Assembly: GCA_964016885.1 (NCBI GenBank)
Contig: OZ024743.1
Coordinates: forward strand, 302,188,001-302,252,000
DNA from: Eledone cirrhosa
Lineage: Eukaryota
Direction of reading: 5' to 3'
Length of the DNA: 64,000 nucleotides
This document shows, one piece after another, positions 13,961 through 27,853 of the stretch. A program made the translations under genes and the position numbers. The notes under the pieces are model-generated. The model did no database searches and was not told the DNA's origin. It saw only the letters and a program-made list of their open reading frames with translations. Each line of letters opens with the position of its first letter. The stretch's first letter is position 1.

Positions 13961-14472
13961 AATCAGGCTCGTACTAATGTATATATATATGTGTGTGTGT
14001 ATGTGTGTGTGTGTGTGTGGATGTGTGGATGTGTGTATGTGTGTGTGTGTGTGTGGGGGGGGTGAGTGTGTGTGTGCGTGGGTATATAGGTGTGTGTGTG
14101 TGTATGTGTATGTGTGTGTTTATAAATATAATACCTCTCCCATCTTGTCGCTCCCACGCTTCTATGTCTATATTTAATACTACAATATAGATTTCCTCCG
14201 CGTCGGAGATCTAGGTATGTCATTGAAATTCTTTTTGTCTCGACATTGATTTTTTCTCGTCTGCGTTTCAATCGAGAAACCTAATGTTTAATATATTTAC
14301 CAGCTGCAGGACAAATGTGCAGGGACTGTCTTTATTCATATGATTCTATAACATTTTCCTTTATCCTCTCCATAAATAGCTGTGTATGAGAAGAACTATA
14401 CATGCCATGTATGAATATATGTTTCATACATATCGAACAGAACATATATATATTTATATATATATATATGTA

Positions 14473-14596
<124 letters not shown>

Positions 14597-14777
14597 TACA
14601 CAATACATATACATATGTTTTGTCAATGTGTTTTGGAATTTGTGATAAGGCCAATATATAATGCATCAAAATGTTTATATTTAAATCTATTCTCGTATTT
14701 AACTCTTAATGAGCAGAAACATGTACGACTTAATTGTGAAGACAGATAACACAAACGCAAGCAACCAGCAACAGTTT

Positions 14778-14811
<34 letters not shown>

Positions 14812-14904
14812 GGGGGGGGGGGAATTAAAGAGAAATAAGAAAGCAATTGAAATAGTACAAAGAAGGAGTGTGTTTGTTTAACGCTTGATATAACAGTAAA
14901 AGTG

Positions 14905-14940
14905 TTTTAACATTTCGAACACTAGTCCATCATCGGAAAA
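14905..14940 (-). ncRNA. Degenerate HHR-like motif in a PLE tail
   Basis: tttt-CCGATGA-tggactagtgttc-GAAATGTTA-aaac, followed by tcaagcgttaaac as at 19786. Confidence 0.45.
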
Positions 14941-17369
14941 GAAATAATATTGTGAAAAATATAACCTATGTATCTAGTATGAATGTGGAAATAAAAAGCG
15001 AGTACTCTCCAATAACTATTTTGAAATTTCGTGCCATTTTTTCAACAAAACGAGTCTTTTGATAACATGTGAACTGTGAATTACTTCCTTATTGTAAGTG
15101 TATTTCACGTTAAATATTTTCGTGTGTCGTTTTTAGACAGGAATATATATGAACATACCAACAGTTAACACAAGATATTTCCCACAAATAGCATTTCAAA
15201 ACTAATTAAAAACATGAAAACTCCCAGAGACGATATCAATACGTCCGTCGAAAATGAGAAGCGAACTAATAATAATAGAAATATTAATAATAAATGTATT
15301 CAAAGGCACATGTTGCGCAATCGGTTGCTCATCAATTCGATTAAATAAACGATTGTAATTTATAAATGGATAGACAATGATGTATTAACACCTTATAATC
15401 ACACATCAATGTATGCACAGATGCTTATAAGCTGACCTGTTCCGCAGAAGCTAATTCCCTGTTCATGAAATTTCTCGTAGCCGATTACATAATATTTAAT
15501 AGCATTACCTATTTTTGGCGCATGCCAGCTCGATGTACAAGAAGAGAAACTAATATATTAGGCCGGGTCCAGAGAATAGAAGTTCTCTAGGCACACGAAA
15601 TCATTTTTCACAATATTTAACGCATTAGTGTTCACTCAATGCATTGAGTTAGTAGGAAAACCATCGAAGGTGTTTCGGTCTTAGCGGAATAATTTGTTTC
15701 AGTATTATTATCTAAACTCCCAGGGATGACCCACATCCAAATTTTAAGTTGAAGTTTTTAGGCTGTCTATTATAGTTCAATTTTTGCAATATTTTAATAT
15801 CCTTTCTGCTCGAAATCACTGGTCGATTCATAACTTTCTTTTTGCAATTTGAAAAAAGAACGTGTCAAAGTGTTCTTTGAAAATAGCTGCTGCTTGTTTA
15901 CCTCCTCATCACTCTCACATGAGACATTCAAAAACTTGATCCAGTTCTGGAGGCTAAATCACAGAATAAATCCGATAAAATATATTCTTCCGATCTATAA
16001 GCATATAGTTCACTTTTCTAGGAGGGCAAATTTATCTCTCATGATTTCAGGTCAATATTTTACAAAATGTTAAGATCATTGCATAATATAAATTTAGTTA
16101 TATCCTCCGATTGATGGGTTTACCTATTGAAAATTTGGTGCCAATAGGAATATGTTTTCACCTTTCCTCGAGAATACTTCGGGCGTAAGCACAGGAAAAC
16201 TGCTAGTTGGATGGATGACATTGTGATTTATAAAATAATCGTTTTACAGCTTTGCATATAGCAGTTCCTTTGTCACATCCGGATTTACGTGTTAATTAAG
16301 TTGGATATTATCAGGAATACCAGAGATTCAATTCTTTCCACCAGCTCAATTGTCGTTCGCTTCAAAAGATCTACTTAGCAGAAATTATGAAAGGAAGTGA
16401 AGTATTACGGGAATGCATTGAGAATGTTAGATTCAGATACATGACATCACTTGTTATCTAAAAGACAGAAAGATTTCCCCTTGATCAGGTTTCAATTATG
16501 AATTATGAAAATTAAGTAGCATTTGAATATCTTAATAATTGTATACCGCTCATATATAATTTTACCACCACAAAGATGATTAACAACAGGTCTAAAACTT
16601 CAGCCACAATAACAATTTTAACATTCTCCTATTAACGGCAATGTCAAAAGCAAGTACAGTAACACGAAAAAAAAAAAAAGAAAACCGAAAGGAAAAGTTC
16701 TTATCACTCTGCGAAACATGCAAGCTTATTTTCTCCCTTTATTTCTGTCACAATTTCTCTTCATATCTATCTAATATCATTTGGTCGAAATTAAAATATG
16801 GGAAAAATAAATGAATCAAGCACACACTAAAGCATTAACAAAAATTATCGTTGATATCAGCCGCGAAATGTATAATTCAGATGAGAATTATGAATACAAT
16901 CCCCAGATAGGGTTAGAATAGTTAGAACTTATTCAACTTTAGATGTCATATTCTCTTTAAAGGTCATGAGAACGGAAAATATATAATGTCTCATACGGAT
17001 ATTTAATTGAGAAAGGAAAATTACATTTTTGAAAGGCCATTTATGTGTTTATATTTCTTCGACATTATGTGGAATTATCTAAGCATGCTAAAAGTTCTAT
17101 TAATCTATGCGTGTTTCAGTCTACTTTAACAAGAGAAAGAAAAAAATGTGGATTTACACGAAATTATATAACTGTGAGGAACATTATGATAGACATAATT
17201 AATGTAGATGAGCAGAAATATTGACACATGAAAGGAAAACAAACGTGGTCATATAAATAAATGTAGTATAGAAAATATTTCGATTTTACCAATTTCTTTA
17301 CTCATCAACCGGCGAATTTGAAGACATAGTTTGTCCATGTGCGCTACTTTAATTCCGACAGTAATTGCG

Positions 17370-17440
<71 letters not shown>

Positions 17441-17699
17441 ATGTGTGTCTGTGTGTCTGTGTATGTTTGTGAGTGTGTATGTGTGTGTTTGTATGTGTGT
17501 GTGATAGGAAAATGGGACGGCGTTGTAAATTAGATAAACATCTTTTAGCCATTTTTACATATGAAACGTATCCAGATACGTGTTGAGAAGTATTGTAAAA
17601 AAATTGGCGTGTCATATATCGAGAATAATATTTAATGGGAATCAGCATGATTAAACATTTATTTTGCTTCAATGATTTTGCTTCAATGGATAACATATA

Positions 17700-17890
17700 A
17701 TAATAATTGTTTCTATTTTTGGCACAACACCAGCAATTTTCCCAGTGAATTACTGGTACTTTTTTGTCGACCCATAAGGATGAAAGGCAAAGTTAACCTC
17801 GGCAGGTTGACCTCAGAGCGTAAAAGGGACGTAACTCTATGCTGCAAACATGGCGTTCCACCCTCTATTGATACTGCCAATACACCGATC
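17700..17890 (-). mobile_element. tRNA-derived SINE
   Basis: Reverse complement of the SINE core and tail. Confidence 0.85.
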
Positions 17891-19599
17891 ATCTGTCAAT
17901 TTTTGATAATGTAACTATCACAAATAAGGAGTAACTATTGATAAAATATGTTTCCTTTCTTGAATGATAGGGTCATGAATGCCATTACTTCAGATACCTT
18001 TTTGCTAGACTGATAAAATCATTACTTCAAGTTGGAATATTTCATAAATAAGGGAATGATGGTAAAGCAAGCCTCGGCACACATTGCTAAACATAAAAGA
18101 GAGGGGGAAAATGTACAATATTTACAGAAACATTCCTGTATTCTGCTTTTGTATATTATAAAATCATACCATTTATTCCTTTTCTGTAATATCTACATTG
18201 ATAGTCTCACACTCATTATCTATGTATAAAGAGTGAGAGTGGAACAATCTATATTTATACAAATAGCATTAGCAGGTCATTGTTACACATCAGTTTTTAA
18301 AACTTTGTCCATCTAAAAACATCAAAGAGAAAATGTAGATGAAAAGAGAATGTAGATAGTCAAAGAACGCAGGAATTAAGTTTTCTTTCTAAGGTAATAC
18401 AACGTTTTGAAGATAGTGACTTCTGTTTGTGTGTTTCGTTATATCTCTTGCATATTTCCTAAATATCATCGGTATATACTAGATATTTAGTGAGAAACAT
18501 ACTATAGGAGATTAACGATTAAATAAACGTGGAATTTAAAGTGTAAACCACCATATATATATCTATATCTAGAACCTTTTCTTTTCGGGAAACGAACAGT
18601 TTTTCATTACACTCATGTAACGCATGTGGAATATTCAAATTAGCCGAAAACGTATATTTAATAGAGCGAGAGCATGTGTGAGTGTGAAATAGTTATTGAA
18701 TGATGGTGAATTTCTGTGGATTTGATTTAAACAGAAACTGAACGTTTTATACAACAGTAATGCAATTTTTATGTCAACAAACTGACAAAGTCCATGATAA
18801 ATTATTTTCGAACACCATTAATTCATGATTCTAACTGAGGTTGTCGAATATGGAGGAAGTAGAATTTGATGTACTGTAACTGCAGATATTTCTCTTTTTC
18901 TCTCTGTGAACACGTTACACATATGTTTGAAGTATTTGAGAATACCAGATAGCCTGTTTCAAGATTCGTAAATTTCTCAGTGAGACGGAAATAGACTAAA
19001 GTCTAAATAATTTTTGCGTGATGAACATTTGCTGGCTATACTTCTTTGTATATACTTCGAGCGTGTCAGGTTATAATTAATTGCCAATATTATTAACAGA
19101 GCACTTGACTAGGGTAATGGTATATATGAAATAATATACTATATGATTATACAGAAGTAGAAAATAATTTTTGTAATGGAAAAATGATTTTTTTAAATAT
19201 TTTTTCCCGTAAAAACCTTATATAATATCAGTTATAGTCGAGTAAGTTTGACAACACTGTTAAAGGATTCGTTAATTTCTCATCTGTCACATTCAATCAA
19301 CCGGCAGTGACACGGAAAAAGAGTAGGGTGTATATAACCTTTGCTGTATGAACATTTGCTGGAGATGCTAATTTTGCTTATAGCGTAAAATTGGTTTGTT
19401 ATAATTAATTGACAGTGGAACGAAGAGAACGCTTAAGCATAGTAGGGATAATATAATATATGTTGATATACAATAAACATATTGATAACCTTGCTATGAA
19501 AGGAAGCATAATTTCTCTGTATGAAACATGTCATGTTTTTATATTGTTTTTTGTAAGTCAAGAATGTCAGATATTGTTGTTTTTCAATTCTTTAATCTT

Positions 19600-19870
19600 T
19601 CGTTAGTGACTTTCCCCCACCCGGTACTGACAAATGGCTGATTGAATATGTACGTGTGTTTTTCTCATTTTTTCCTTTCTCTCCTCTTCTCAATCTTTAT
19701 CTTTCTATGTTATATTTTACTTCTAATTCTATCATCCGATGAAGGACTTGTGTCTGAATAGTTAGGAGCATTTTCCTGTTATTTCAAGCGTTAAACTAAT
19801 ATATTATATGAATGTACTATGTCGTTTGCTTTATTATTTCTGTTTAGAATTTACACCTCCTCCACACCCT
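19600..19870 (+). mobile_element. PLE-like tail with degenerate HHR at 19736-19765
   Basis: CCGATGA-aggacttgtgtct-GAATAGTTA, followed by ttcaagcgttaaactaata. Confidence 0.45.
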
Positions 19871-20039
19871 CCACACACACACACACATATATATATATAC
19901 ATACATATGTATATATGAGGGGGGTGGGGGTGGGGGGTCTAGAGGCTATTGATTCCAGAGTCGGGCCAGATCGATATAGATCTAACTTTAAGCTGACCCA
20001 TAGCGAAATTCGCGTCACAAATCAATAAACGTATTGAAG

Positions 20040-23000
20040 ACTTAACAGAATCGATCATGTATTACATTATTATTATTATTACCAAAATGTCAAAAAGATC
20101 AACCAACACCACTGATACCACCACCACCACCACCACAACCACCACCACCACCACAGCGACGACTAAAACAAAAAATGAATTACTATCGCGTGATATCGAA
20201 AAGGATTCTCCGAAAATCGACTCTTCCACACCGAACGCCACGGACACCACCACCACCATTACCACCACAACTAAAAGTAAAAATAATAATAACAAAAATA
20301 ACAAAAACAACAACAGCAACAACAACAACATCAACACCAGCGCAAAACCAAATGTGTCGTTTGCTAAACCGGCAAAAAATGAAGCGGTCGAGGTTAGCCA
20401 GGAAGAATTGAATGAAGCCAAGCGAATGGTAAAAAAAAATATGGTTACAGGGTCAGCCTCATCCCCCCATCTAATACCATGGAGCATCAGTGCCTATGCC
20501 CGGTGTCATATCGCACGATAAACATTAAAACGCGCCGAGTGGAACGGGCATCCGAGTCCCAGATATAGAAAGCGTTGGGACATGTGTGGGCTCACAAATC
20601 CACATCAGATGTGGGCAATAATATGGAACCTTGGACGTGTTCTTTGCAACCCCGCAGGAAGCCAGAGAGCAGTCCATGGCCCCATTAAAAAAGTAATGAG
20701 TTCACGCTCCTTCCAAGCTATTGTGGTCAGAGGCTGTTAAGGATCAGGGTGACCCAAGGTTCCGCAAGCCATTGAAATACCCTGTCTAATGGCTGCCGTC
20801 CTCGGCGACATCGACGCCGACACTAACGTAATTAAGGTGATTATATTAAAGCAGGAGAACTGGACCGGATATGGGATGGAGCTCCTGATACAAGTAGACC
20901 AAAAAACATACAGGAAATTCCAGAGGTGATAGACGTCAATGACAGCAGCCACCTCACTGTAATCGTTGAGGGTAGAAGGCCTTGGTGTGTTGTTTGTGGC
21001 GAAGGAACCCACCTAAAGGCTTTCTGCCCTCAGGCTAAAATGTTGAGGCCACATCTCCTACCCACCCCAGTGATTCAAACATCAAAACCAGCAGCAGAAC
21101 TGGCAGCAACAACTGTATCAGCAACAACAGAAGCAACGGTACAAGCAACAACCCCAGCAACTGTAGGAGCAACAGTAGCAAACAAAGAGCATCTCCACCC
21201 ATCGCGCCAGAATTAGCACTTGTGCCGCCCCCATCCACCACGCCACAACCAAAACCAACGCCTGTGGAGAATTTTCCTCTCCCTGACCTATCGCAACTTG
21301 AGACAGATTGTGACGACGTGGACGAGTGGGAAACTGTATCTGGAAAAAAGAAAAAAAAGGAAACCAAAAAAGAAAAAAATCCTCTTCCTTCGCGCTTCAA
21401 AAATCGTACGACCGACGTACTTGCGGCGAAATTGGCCCTCGACCAATTCTTCAATGCAAAACACGAAGGCTGCGTTGTCAGAGCTAGGGTGCGTGCTCTC
21501 AGACACGAAGGGACGAAATCCGTTCAATGGGCCCAAGTGGAGGAGGCGCGTCGTGGCAACAAAGCCACGATCCGGTGTCTGGTGGACCATGACAGGCGCA
21601 TACTACTCAATCCCGGGCAATTGTGAGAAGCTTTTCAGCAACACTTGGCCCAGCTGTTCGGGGGCAGCGGCGGGCCGGATCACGGCATGGATTTTAGTGC
21701 CTACCTCGACGGACTGCCGCGGTTATCGGCCACTAAGGCTGAGTGTTGCCAAACGCAGATAATAGCCGCTGAAATACGGGAGGCAATGACTGGCTGCGCA
21801 AGGGGTAAATCGCCCGGTTTGGATGGTCTGACCTACGAACTGTAGGTACACATGCCAGACGTGTTCGGAGACCTCTTTGGGGACGTCTATTGCAACTGGC
21901 AACAGATCAGAAGAATTCCCAGCTCTTTGAGCTGAGGAACGGTGGCGCTTCCAATAAAGGATCCGAACAAGGGGGATAATATAAATAATTTCAGGCCCAT
22001 AACTCTGCTACACACAGAGTTCAAGATGTTGGCCATGGTGCTAGGTCTGGTGGGAGTGGCGCAGACATGCGCCATACCAGACAGATCCATCCACGTCAAC
22101 TTCCACCTCATGCGATATATCGTGGAGAGGGTAGCTAGGGAACCTCACACGGGTGGTTAGTTGATCAATTTAGTTCAGTCGAAACGTTCGATAGGATCGA
22201 CCATCGTTATCTGGCGGCAGTCCTGAGGGCGGCTGGCTTTGGGCCCGTCTTCAGAGGCATGATCGCTGCCATGCACAGCGAAATCTGCTCTGTAGCGAGA
22301 GTGAATGGTCACCTTTCAGAACCGTTCAAGATCATGCGCTCGGTCCGCCAAGGATGTCCTCTCTCGTCCCTTCCCTGTTGTACGTATTGGCTCTTGAGCC
22401 ATTACTGCACAAACTGGAAATGTTGAGGCGGGTCCCGCGCGAACAAGGATGTGGAAGATCCGTGTCAGCATATGCAGACGATGTCACCGTAGTGGTGTCG
22501 AACGCCAAACACCTCGAGGCGATCGGCATTACACTAAGAGAATACGTGGCGGTGACTGGAGCAATGATCAACCAGGAAACGTCGGTGGGCCTGGAGTTCG
22601 ACACCTGGAGAAGCAGATGCATCCCGTCCAACAGCCTTGTCGTGCGCTGGACGGACGAACCGGTTAAATTGCTAGGTGTCTGGTTCCGTCCAGACCTCCA
22701 GACGGATAAAAACTGGGACAAGGTGACGAGCAGGTTGGCTTCTCTCGCACAGAAATGGGCGGAGAGGAAGCTATCTCAGAACGGTCGAGCGGGGGTGGCG
22801 AATGCGTACATCGCGTCCGTATCTACTACCACCTGATCGTAGTGCCTTGTCCTAAGCCTCGCCTGACTGGGCTGGAACGTTTGCTCTTTCGCTTTTTGTG
22901 GAAGGGACGCGCTCCGATGGTCAGGCGGTTCATCTACTGTCAACGCCCACTACGTGGAGGGTTTGGGCATGCCGTGGCTTATGACACGCACTCAGGCTAC

Positions 23001-24030
23001 GACATCTCCACCTCTTCTTCGACGGTGATCTGATGTGGTTGCCGTTTTCTAGACGTGTGTTTCCCCAGCTCGTCTCCTTGACGGAGCTGCAGTCCTGTGT
23101 CAAGCGAAGACTGAGAGGGAACGCTTGGGGACTGGAATCTTCAGGCGCTCACAACTCTCGGCCAGTCGGGCTATGCGATAGGTAGAAATTCCACCTCGGT
23201 CTTCTGTAGAGGTATAGTGGAGGGGAAGAAGGACGTCGTACATGGGGAGAGTCTGGACGTCGACGAAAATCAACTAGCCATTCTGTTCGGTAGAACTTTC
23301 GGGCGAGGCCTATGGATATTTTCCAGAAGTACCTGGCCTGGCTGTGCTACCGAGGAGCTTTGCCAGTTCGGGATAAACTCTACAGGCATGGAAGTGCCGT
23401 CAGCCGGGCATGTACGAGATGCGCGCAGGGCGACGAAACCGTCCTGCACCCTCTCGTCCAGTGTCCGAGCATTGCTGACTTGTGTTTTTATGTTGAACAT
23501 CTGCTGTCGCATGTAGGATGGATCCCACTATCAGCTGAGTCCATCGTGAGGATTGCCCCGCCCTCTTCCTATTGCCCGGAAGGGCAGGCAGTCTTTATAT
23601 GTCTTGTGTCCATGGCGAAAGTGATAGTGCGGTGGATGCGTTTGAAAGGGCTAAAGATGAGCACTTACCTCTTCGGTGATGCCCTGATTAACTTTTTCAA
23701 ATTTCATTTGAAAAGGAGAATCAGGGTTGAGAGGGAAGGGCTCTCTTGCCAGCATTTTGTTGAAAGATGTTTGAGAGAAGCAAGCATTGCCCGATTGAAT
23801 GAGCCTGCTCTAAGTATATGTCTGTAAATTGAAGAAGGAAAACTGGGAGATGACACTTGGCCTTGTGGTCAGTGTCACCGTGGCTTTTTGAATGGGCTTT
23901 CTCCAGGAATGTCCTTTTTTGTTACATCCTCTGATTTTGTTTTTTTACATGCAGAAATTCCCATTTGTACCGTCCTGTATTGTACTTAATGTTTTACTTT
24001 GGGTAAACCCCGTGGTTAATAAAAGTGCAT
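20040..24030 (+). mobile_element. L1/Tx1-like LINE, decayed, endonuclease region deleted
   Basis: ORF1 has a Thr/Asn-rich N-terminus and the zinc knuckle CVVCGEGTHLKAFC. ORF2 fragments are GKSPGLDGL, NNFRPITLL, SVRQGCPLS, AYADD and C-terminal CTRC..DETVLHPLVQC. AATAAA at ~24018; many stops and frameshifts. Confidence 0.92.
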
Positions 24031-26632
24031 GAGTCTGAACGGACGACTTTTTGCTCGCTCTCATAAGTTTATATATTTACCTTTCAAAACTTATTTCTTG
24101 AATTTTTTGTTGTTGTGTAAGGCATACAAGCCCTTGGACTTTGCCCTGTAAAGGAGAAAGAATAATATTTGGGCCTTTTCGCCCAAATATTTGAACTCTT
24201 TTACATTTAACAAAAAATTATCGAAAATAAAGTTTTAAAAAACATGGCTGAGCCCCCCCCCCCCCCCCCCCATCCGGGTGATCTGTCTGCTGTCGTGCGA
24301 CAACGACGTAAAAGTTGAGAGGAGAGCTACGGCAAAATTAACAGAAATTGATACAACAAACACCACCACAAACTATGTGAACAAAAACAGCAATGATAAC
24401 AACAATGAAAAATCTAATTTTGAGAAAAATGACAATAACAGTGACAACGAACATATAGATAACAGAAAAAATGACAACAATATCAACACCACTAACATGA
24501 AAACAAATAGTGACAACACTAACAGCAACAATACCAACTGCACCGAGAAAAACGGCGGCACCAAAGACAACAGTGATAACAGCGACAGTGATAACAATAA
24601 CAACACCAAGAATAACGACAACAACAACAACACTCCCAACGACAACAAGAAGAGTATTTTCGCTGCGGCAGCAGCCAAAAAGAGGCCATGCTTCAACATG
24701 GACCTCTCAAACAAAGATGAAATGTTGGCCCAGGCCCGGAAGCTCATCAAGCAAGAGCAAAATTGGGCCAACATCACTGTCCCGGTAGAAGCTATTGAGG
24801 CAGAGGAGCGCAGAACGGTGCATTTTAGATGCATCTCTGCACAAACCAAAAGGGCAATTTTAATTCAACAAGCAGATGTTGAAGTCGCACTGAGGTGCAT
24901 CAGAGGTGACACATAATACATTGCAAGGGGCAGACAGTATGGCTCCATTTCGGTTCTGTTTAAGTTAGAAGCCCTCGCTATGAAACACGCTACAACTCCT
25001 TGAAAAACCAGCAAGGTCATAATGTACCACTTCCACATGTGAAAAAGAACGGCCCGTTTCCGCATTCCAAGAATCCCACTAGGACTTGACATGTGGTAGC
25101 TTATGGGATGTGTGATTGTGGAGGGGACGGATACCGTCCCGATAGAAGTGACAAGAGTGGACTGGTTCGCGGTTGGCGTGGAGATACTGCTCCTGATCAG
25201 ACGCGCAAATGTGAAGACAATCCCGGACCACATCCGCCTTCAGAATGGAACGGTCATTCATATTATGACCGAGGGCAAACGGCCGCATAGTTTTGTTTGT
25301 GGGGAAAAAGCCCATTTGCGAGCCCTCTGCCTTCAACAGCTGAAAAATGCAACGGGTCGAATGGCTCCACTGCTGCGACGCCGGGGCGAGGACCACAACC
25401 AACAGCGGCGTGGGCAAAACCACCAGCAATAACACCAATAGAAAGACCATCACCAACATTAACCACCCAGGGGGGAAACGTGGGAAGTTGTCAAAGTCCC
25501 CTCCCCCCCAATAAATACACACACCAATAAAAAAGGAAAGCACACACACAGACACACTTACAGACACAGACCCCTCATCTACAAGTAGTGAAGATGAGGG
25601 AAAACCAAAATCCCCCAAAACACAAAAAAGGAAACACAGAAAGAAAAACAAAATTCAACAAAGCACAAAATCACCCACAATAAAAAATACAGACACCACC
25701 CACGCAAACATATCCCCATTAACAACAACATCAACACCACCATTAACAACAACCTCCACCTGATGCGATACATCATAGAGAGGGTATGGTGTACACCTGG
25801 CTTTGGTGGGGCTCTGATCGATTTAGATCAATCGAAAGCATTCGATAGGGTCGACCATCGGTATCTAGAAGCTGTCCTCAAGACGGCTCGCTTAGGCCCC
25901 ATCTTCAGAAGCTGGATCGCTGCAATGCACAGTGGCACCTGCTCGGTGGTTAACATTAATGGCCACCTCTCGGAACCGATTCAGGTCTCCCGATCTGTCC
26001 GTCAAGGGTGCCCTCTCACCTCCCTTCTGTATGTATTGACTCTCGATCCTTTGCTACGGAAGCTGGAGCAGTCGCCCGGAATCCCGCTCGGACCGGGACG
26101 CGGAAAGGCTGTGTCGGCTTATGCGGTCGATATCACCGTGATGGTGTCGGACACCTCAGAAATCGAGGTGGTCGTCAACTTATTTTAGGAATATGAAAGG
26201 TTGACGGGTGCAAAATTGAACCCGGAAAAGTTGGTGGGCTTGCAACTCAGCACCTGGAGAGGCAAGTCCATGCCACCCAACAGCGTGGTTAGGCGCTTGA
26301 CGGACGGACCGGTATAGTTGGTCGGCGTTTGTTCCGGGCCAGACCTCCAGGTGGATAAACATTTGGACAAGGTGACAGGCAGTGTAGCCAGTCTCACCCA
26401 GAAATGGGCTGCGATAAATCTATCACTGAAAGGTCGAACGGAGGTAGCGAACGTGTACATCACGTCCGTCATCTACTACCGTCTGACCGTCGTCCCTTGC
26501 CTTCGTTCGCAGAGGGGTCAAGTTCCGTTGGTGAGGCGGTCCATCTGCTGCCAGCACCCTCTACGTGGAGGTATGGGCATGCCGTGGGTAATGATGCGCA
26601 GAGACGCGCTGAGGCTGTGGCATCTCCAGATA
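24031..26632 (+). mobile_element. Second L1/Tx1-like LINE, head-to-tail with the first, internally deleted
   Basis: 5' UTR, then Asn-rich ORF1 from ATG ~24245 with FVCGEKAHLRALC, then an abrupt jump at ~25750 to RT ALIDLDQSKAFDRVDH, SVRQGCPL, AYAVD. Confidence 0.9.
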
Positions 26633-26991
26633 TTCACCGTATTTTTTGTCTAAAGAAATGTTAGCCTGATAGTGGGGTTTAGAAGCCTCAGAGAAATGGA
26701 AAAAGAGGAATAAAAAAATAGGTAAAAGCTTCTATTTTCTAATTTCAAACTTGCTCGCTGTTTCAAAACATACTTACTTGTCATTATACTTGCTAGGAAT
26801 GTAGCTTCTAATTTGAACGGAATGTGATGGGTGATGTGTTGAAGTAATTGTAGCACGGTGGTCTGGATAACCAAATATGTGGGTTCGACTCCCAGGAACG
26901 TCAATACTCATCTTTTCCCATTCCTCTGAGGGTTCTAAACCCCACTTATCAGGCTAACATTTCTTTAGTAAAAAATGACGGTGAAAGCTTC

Positions 26992-26993
<2 letters not shown>
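26632..26993. mobile_element. Fold-back element truncating the LINE
   Basis: 26632-26707 is inverted at 26907-26985, followed by (TA)n. Confidence 0.8.
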
Positions 26994-27059
<66 letters not shown>

Positions 27060-27273
27060 GTTAAAGTGTACATCTACATATGTATACGGAAGTACTAGTA
27101 TGCATATAAATACACACATGTATACATATGTACATGTACTGAGTTTTTCACTAGACACTTTACAGTGAGTGTCCAGCTAGTCTGTATGTAACCACACAGA
27201 CGGACCGGGTTTTAGAGTCATACGAGTTTTCAAGGAAACACATTTCCTCTATTCTCCAGAGAGCCAGACAGGA

Positions 27274-27316
27274 ATATTGGTCTAGTTTCGATGTTATTAC
27301 ATCTCATCAGCAATAT
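27274..27316 (-). ncRNA. HHR copy with GTC>GAC at the cleavage triplet
   Basis: Reverse complement equals 27460-27502 except GAAACTAGAC. Confidence 0.7.
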
Positions 27317-27459
27317 AAACCCATCTTCCCGCTTCTCTAGAGAATTGTAAAATCACATACCGTTATATGCTTTTTCTATGAAAACTACTAATTTTCATAG
27401 AAAAAACATATAACGATATGTGCTTTTACAATTCTCTAGAGAAGCCGGAAGATGTGTAT

Positions 27460-27502
27460 ATATTGCTGATGAGATGTAATAACATCGAAACTAGTCCAAT
27501 AT
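27460..27502 (+). ncRNA. Canonical minimal type I hammerhead ribozyme
   Basis: atattg-CTGATGA-gatgt aata acatc-GAAA-CTA-GTC-caatat: 6-bp stem I, 5-bp stem II, palindromic ACTAGT stem III, GUC cleavage triplet. Confidence 0.88.
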
Positions 27503-27793
27503 TCCTGTCTGGTTCTCTGGAGAATAGAGGAAATGTGTTTCCTTGAAAACTCGTATGACTCTAAAACCCGGTCCGTCTGTGTGGTTACATACAGACTAGC
27601 TGGACACTCACTGTAAAGTGTCTAGTGAAAAACTCAGTACATGTACATATGTATACATGTGTGTATTTATATGCATACTAGTACTTCCGTATACATATGT
27701 AGATGTATACTTTAACTTAATTGTTTAAGCGTCAGTCATACAAAAGTGAGTTAGAAGCGAAACGAAATTTAATTTCGTTCCGTTATTTGTTTT

Positions 27794-27845
<52 letters not shown>

Positions 27846-27853
27846 TATATATA

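Larger units (their letters stand above)
27053..27722. mobile_element. Near-perfect 670-bp fold-back element with paired HHRs
   Basis: ~330-bp arms mirrored around ~27388 with few mismatches, adjacent to (TA)n. Confidence 0.93.

Noticed and set aside
15640-16500. Possible decayed DNA-transposase on the minus strand
   Set aside because: Coding-like composition, but many stops and no motif I can name.
18960-19560. Old ~300-bp tandem duplication
   Set aside because: Visible but highly diverged, with no functional signal.
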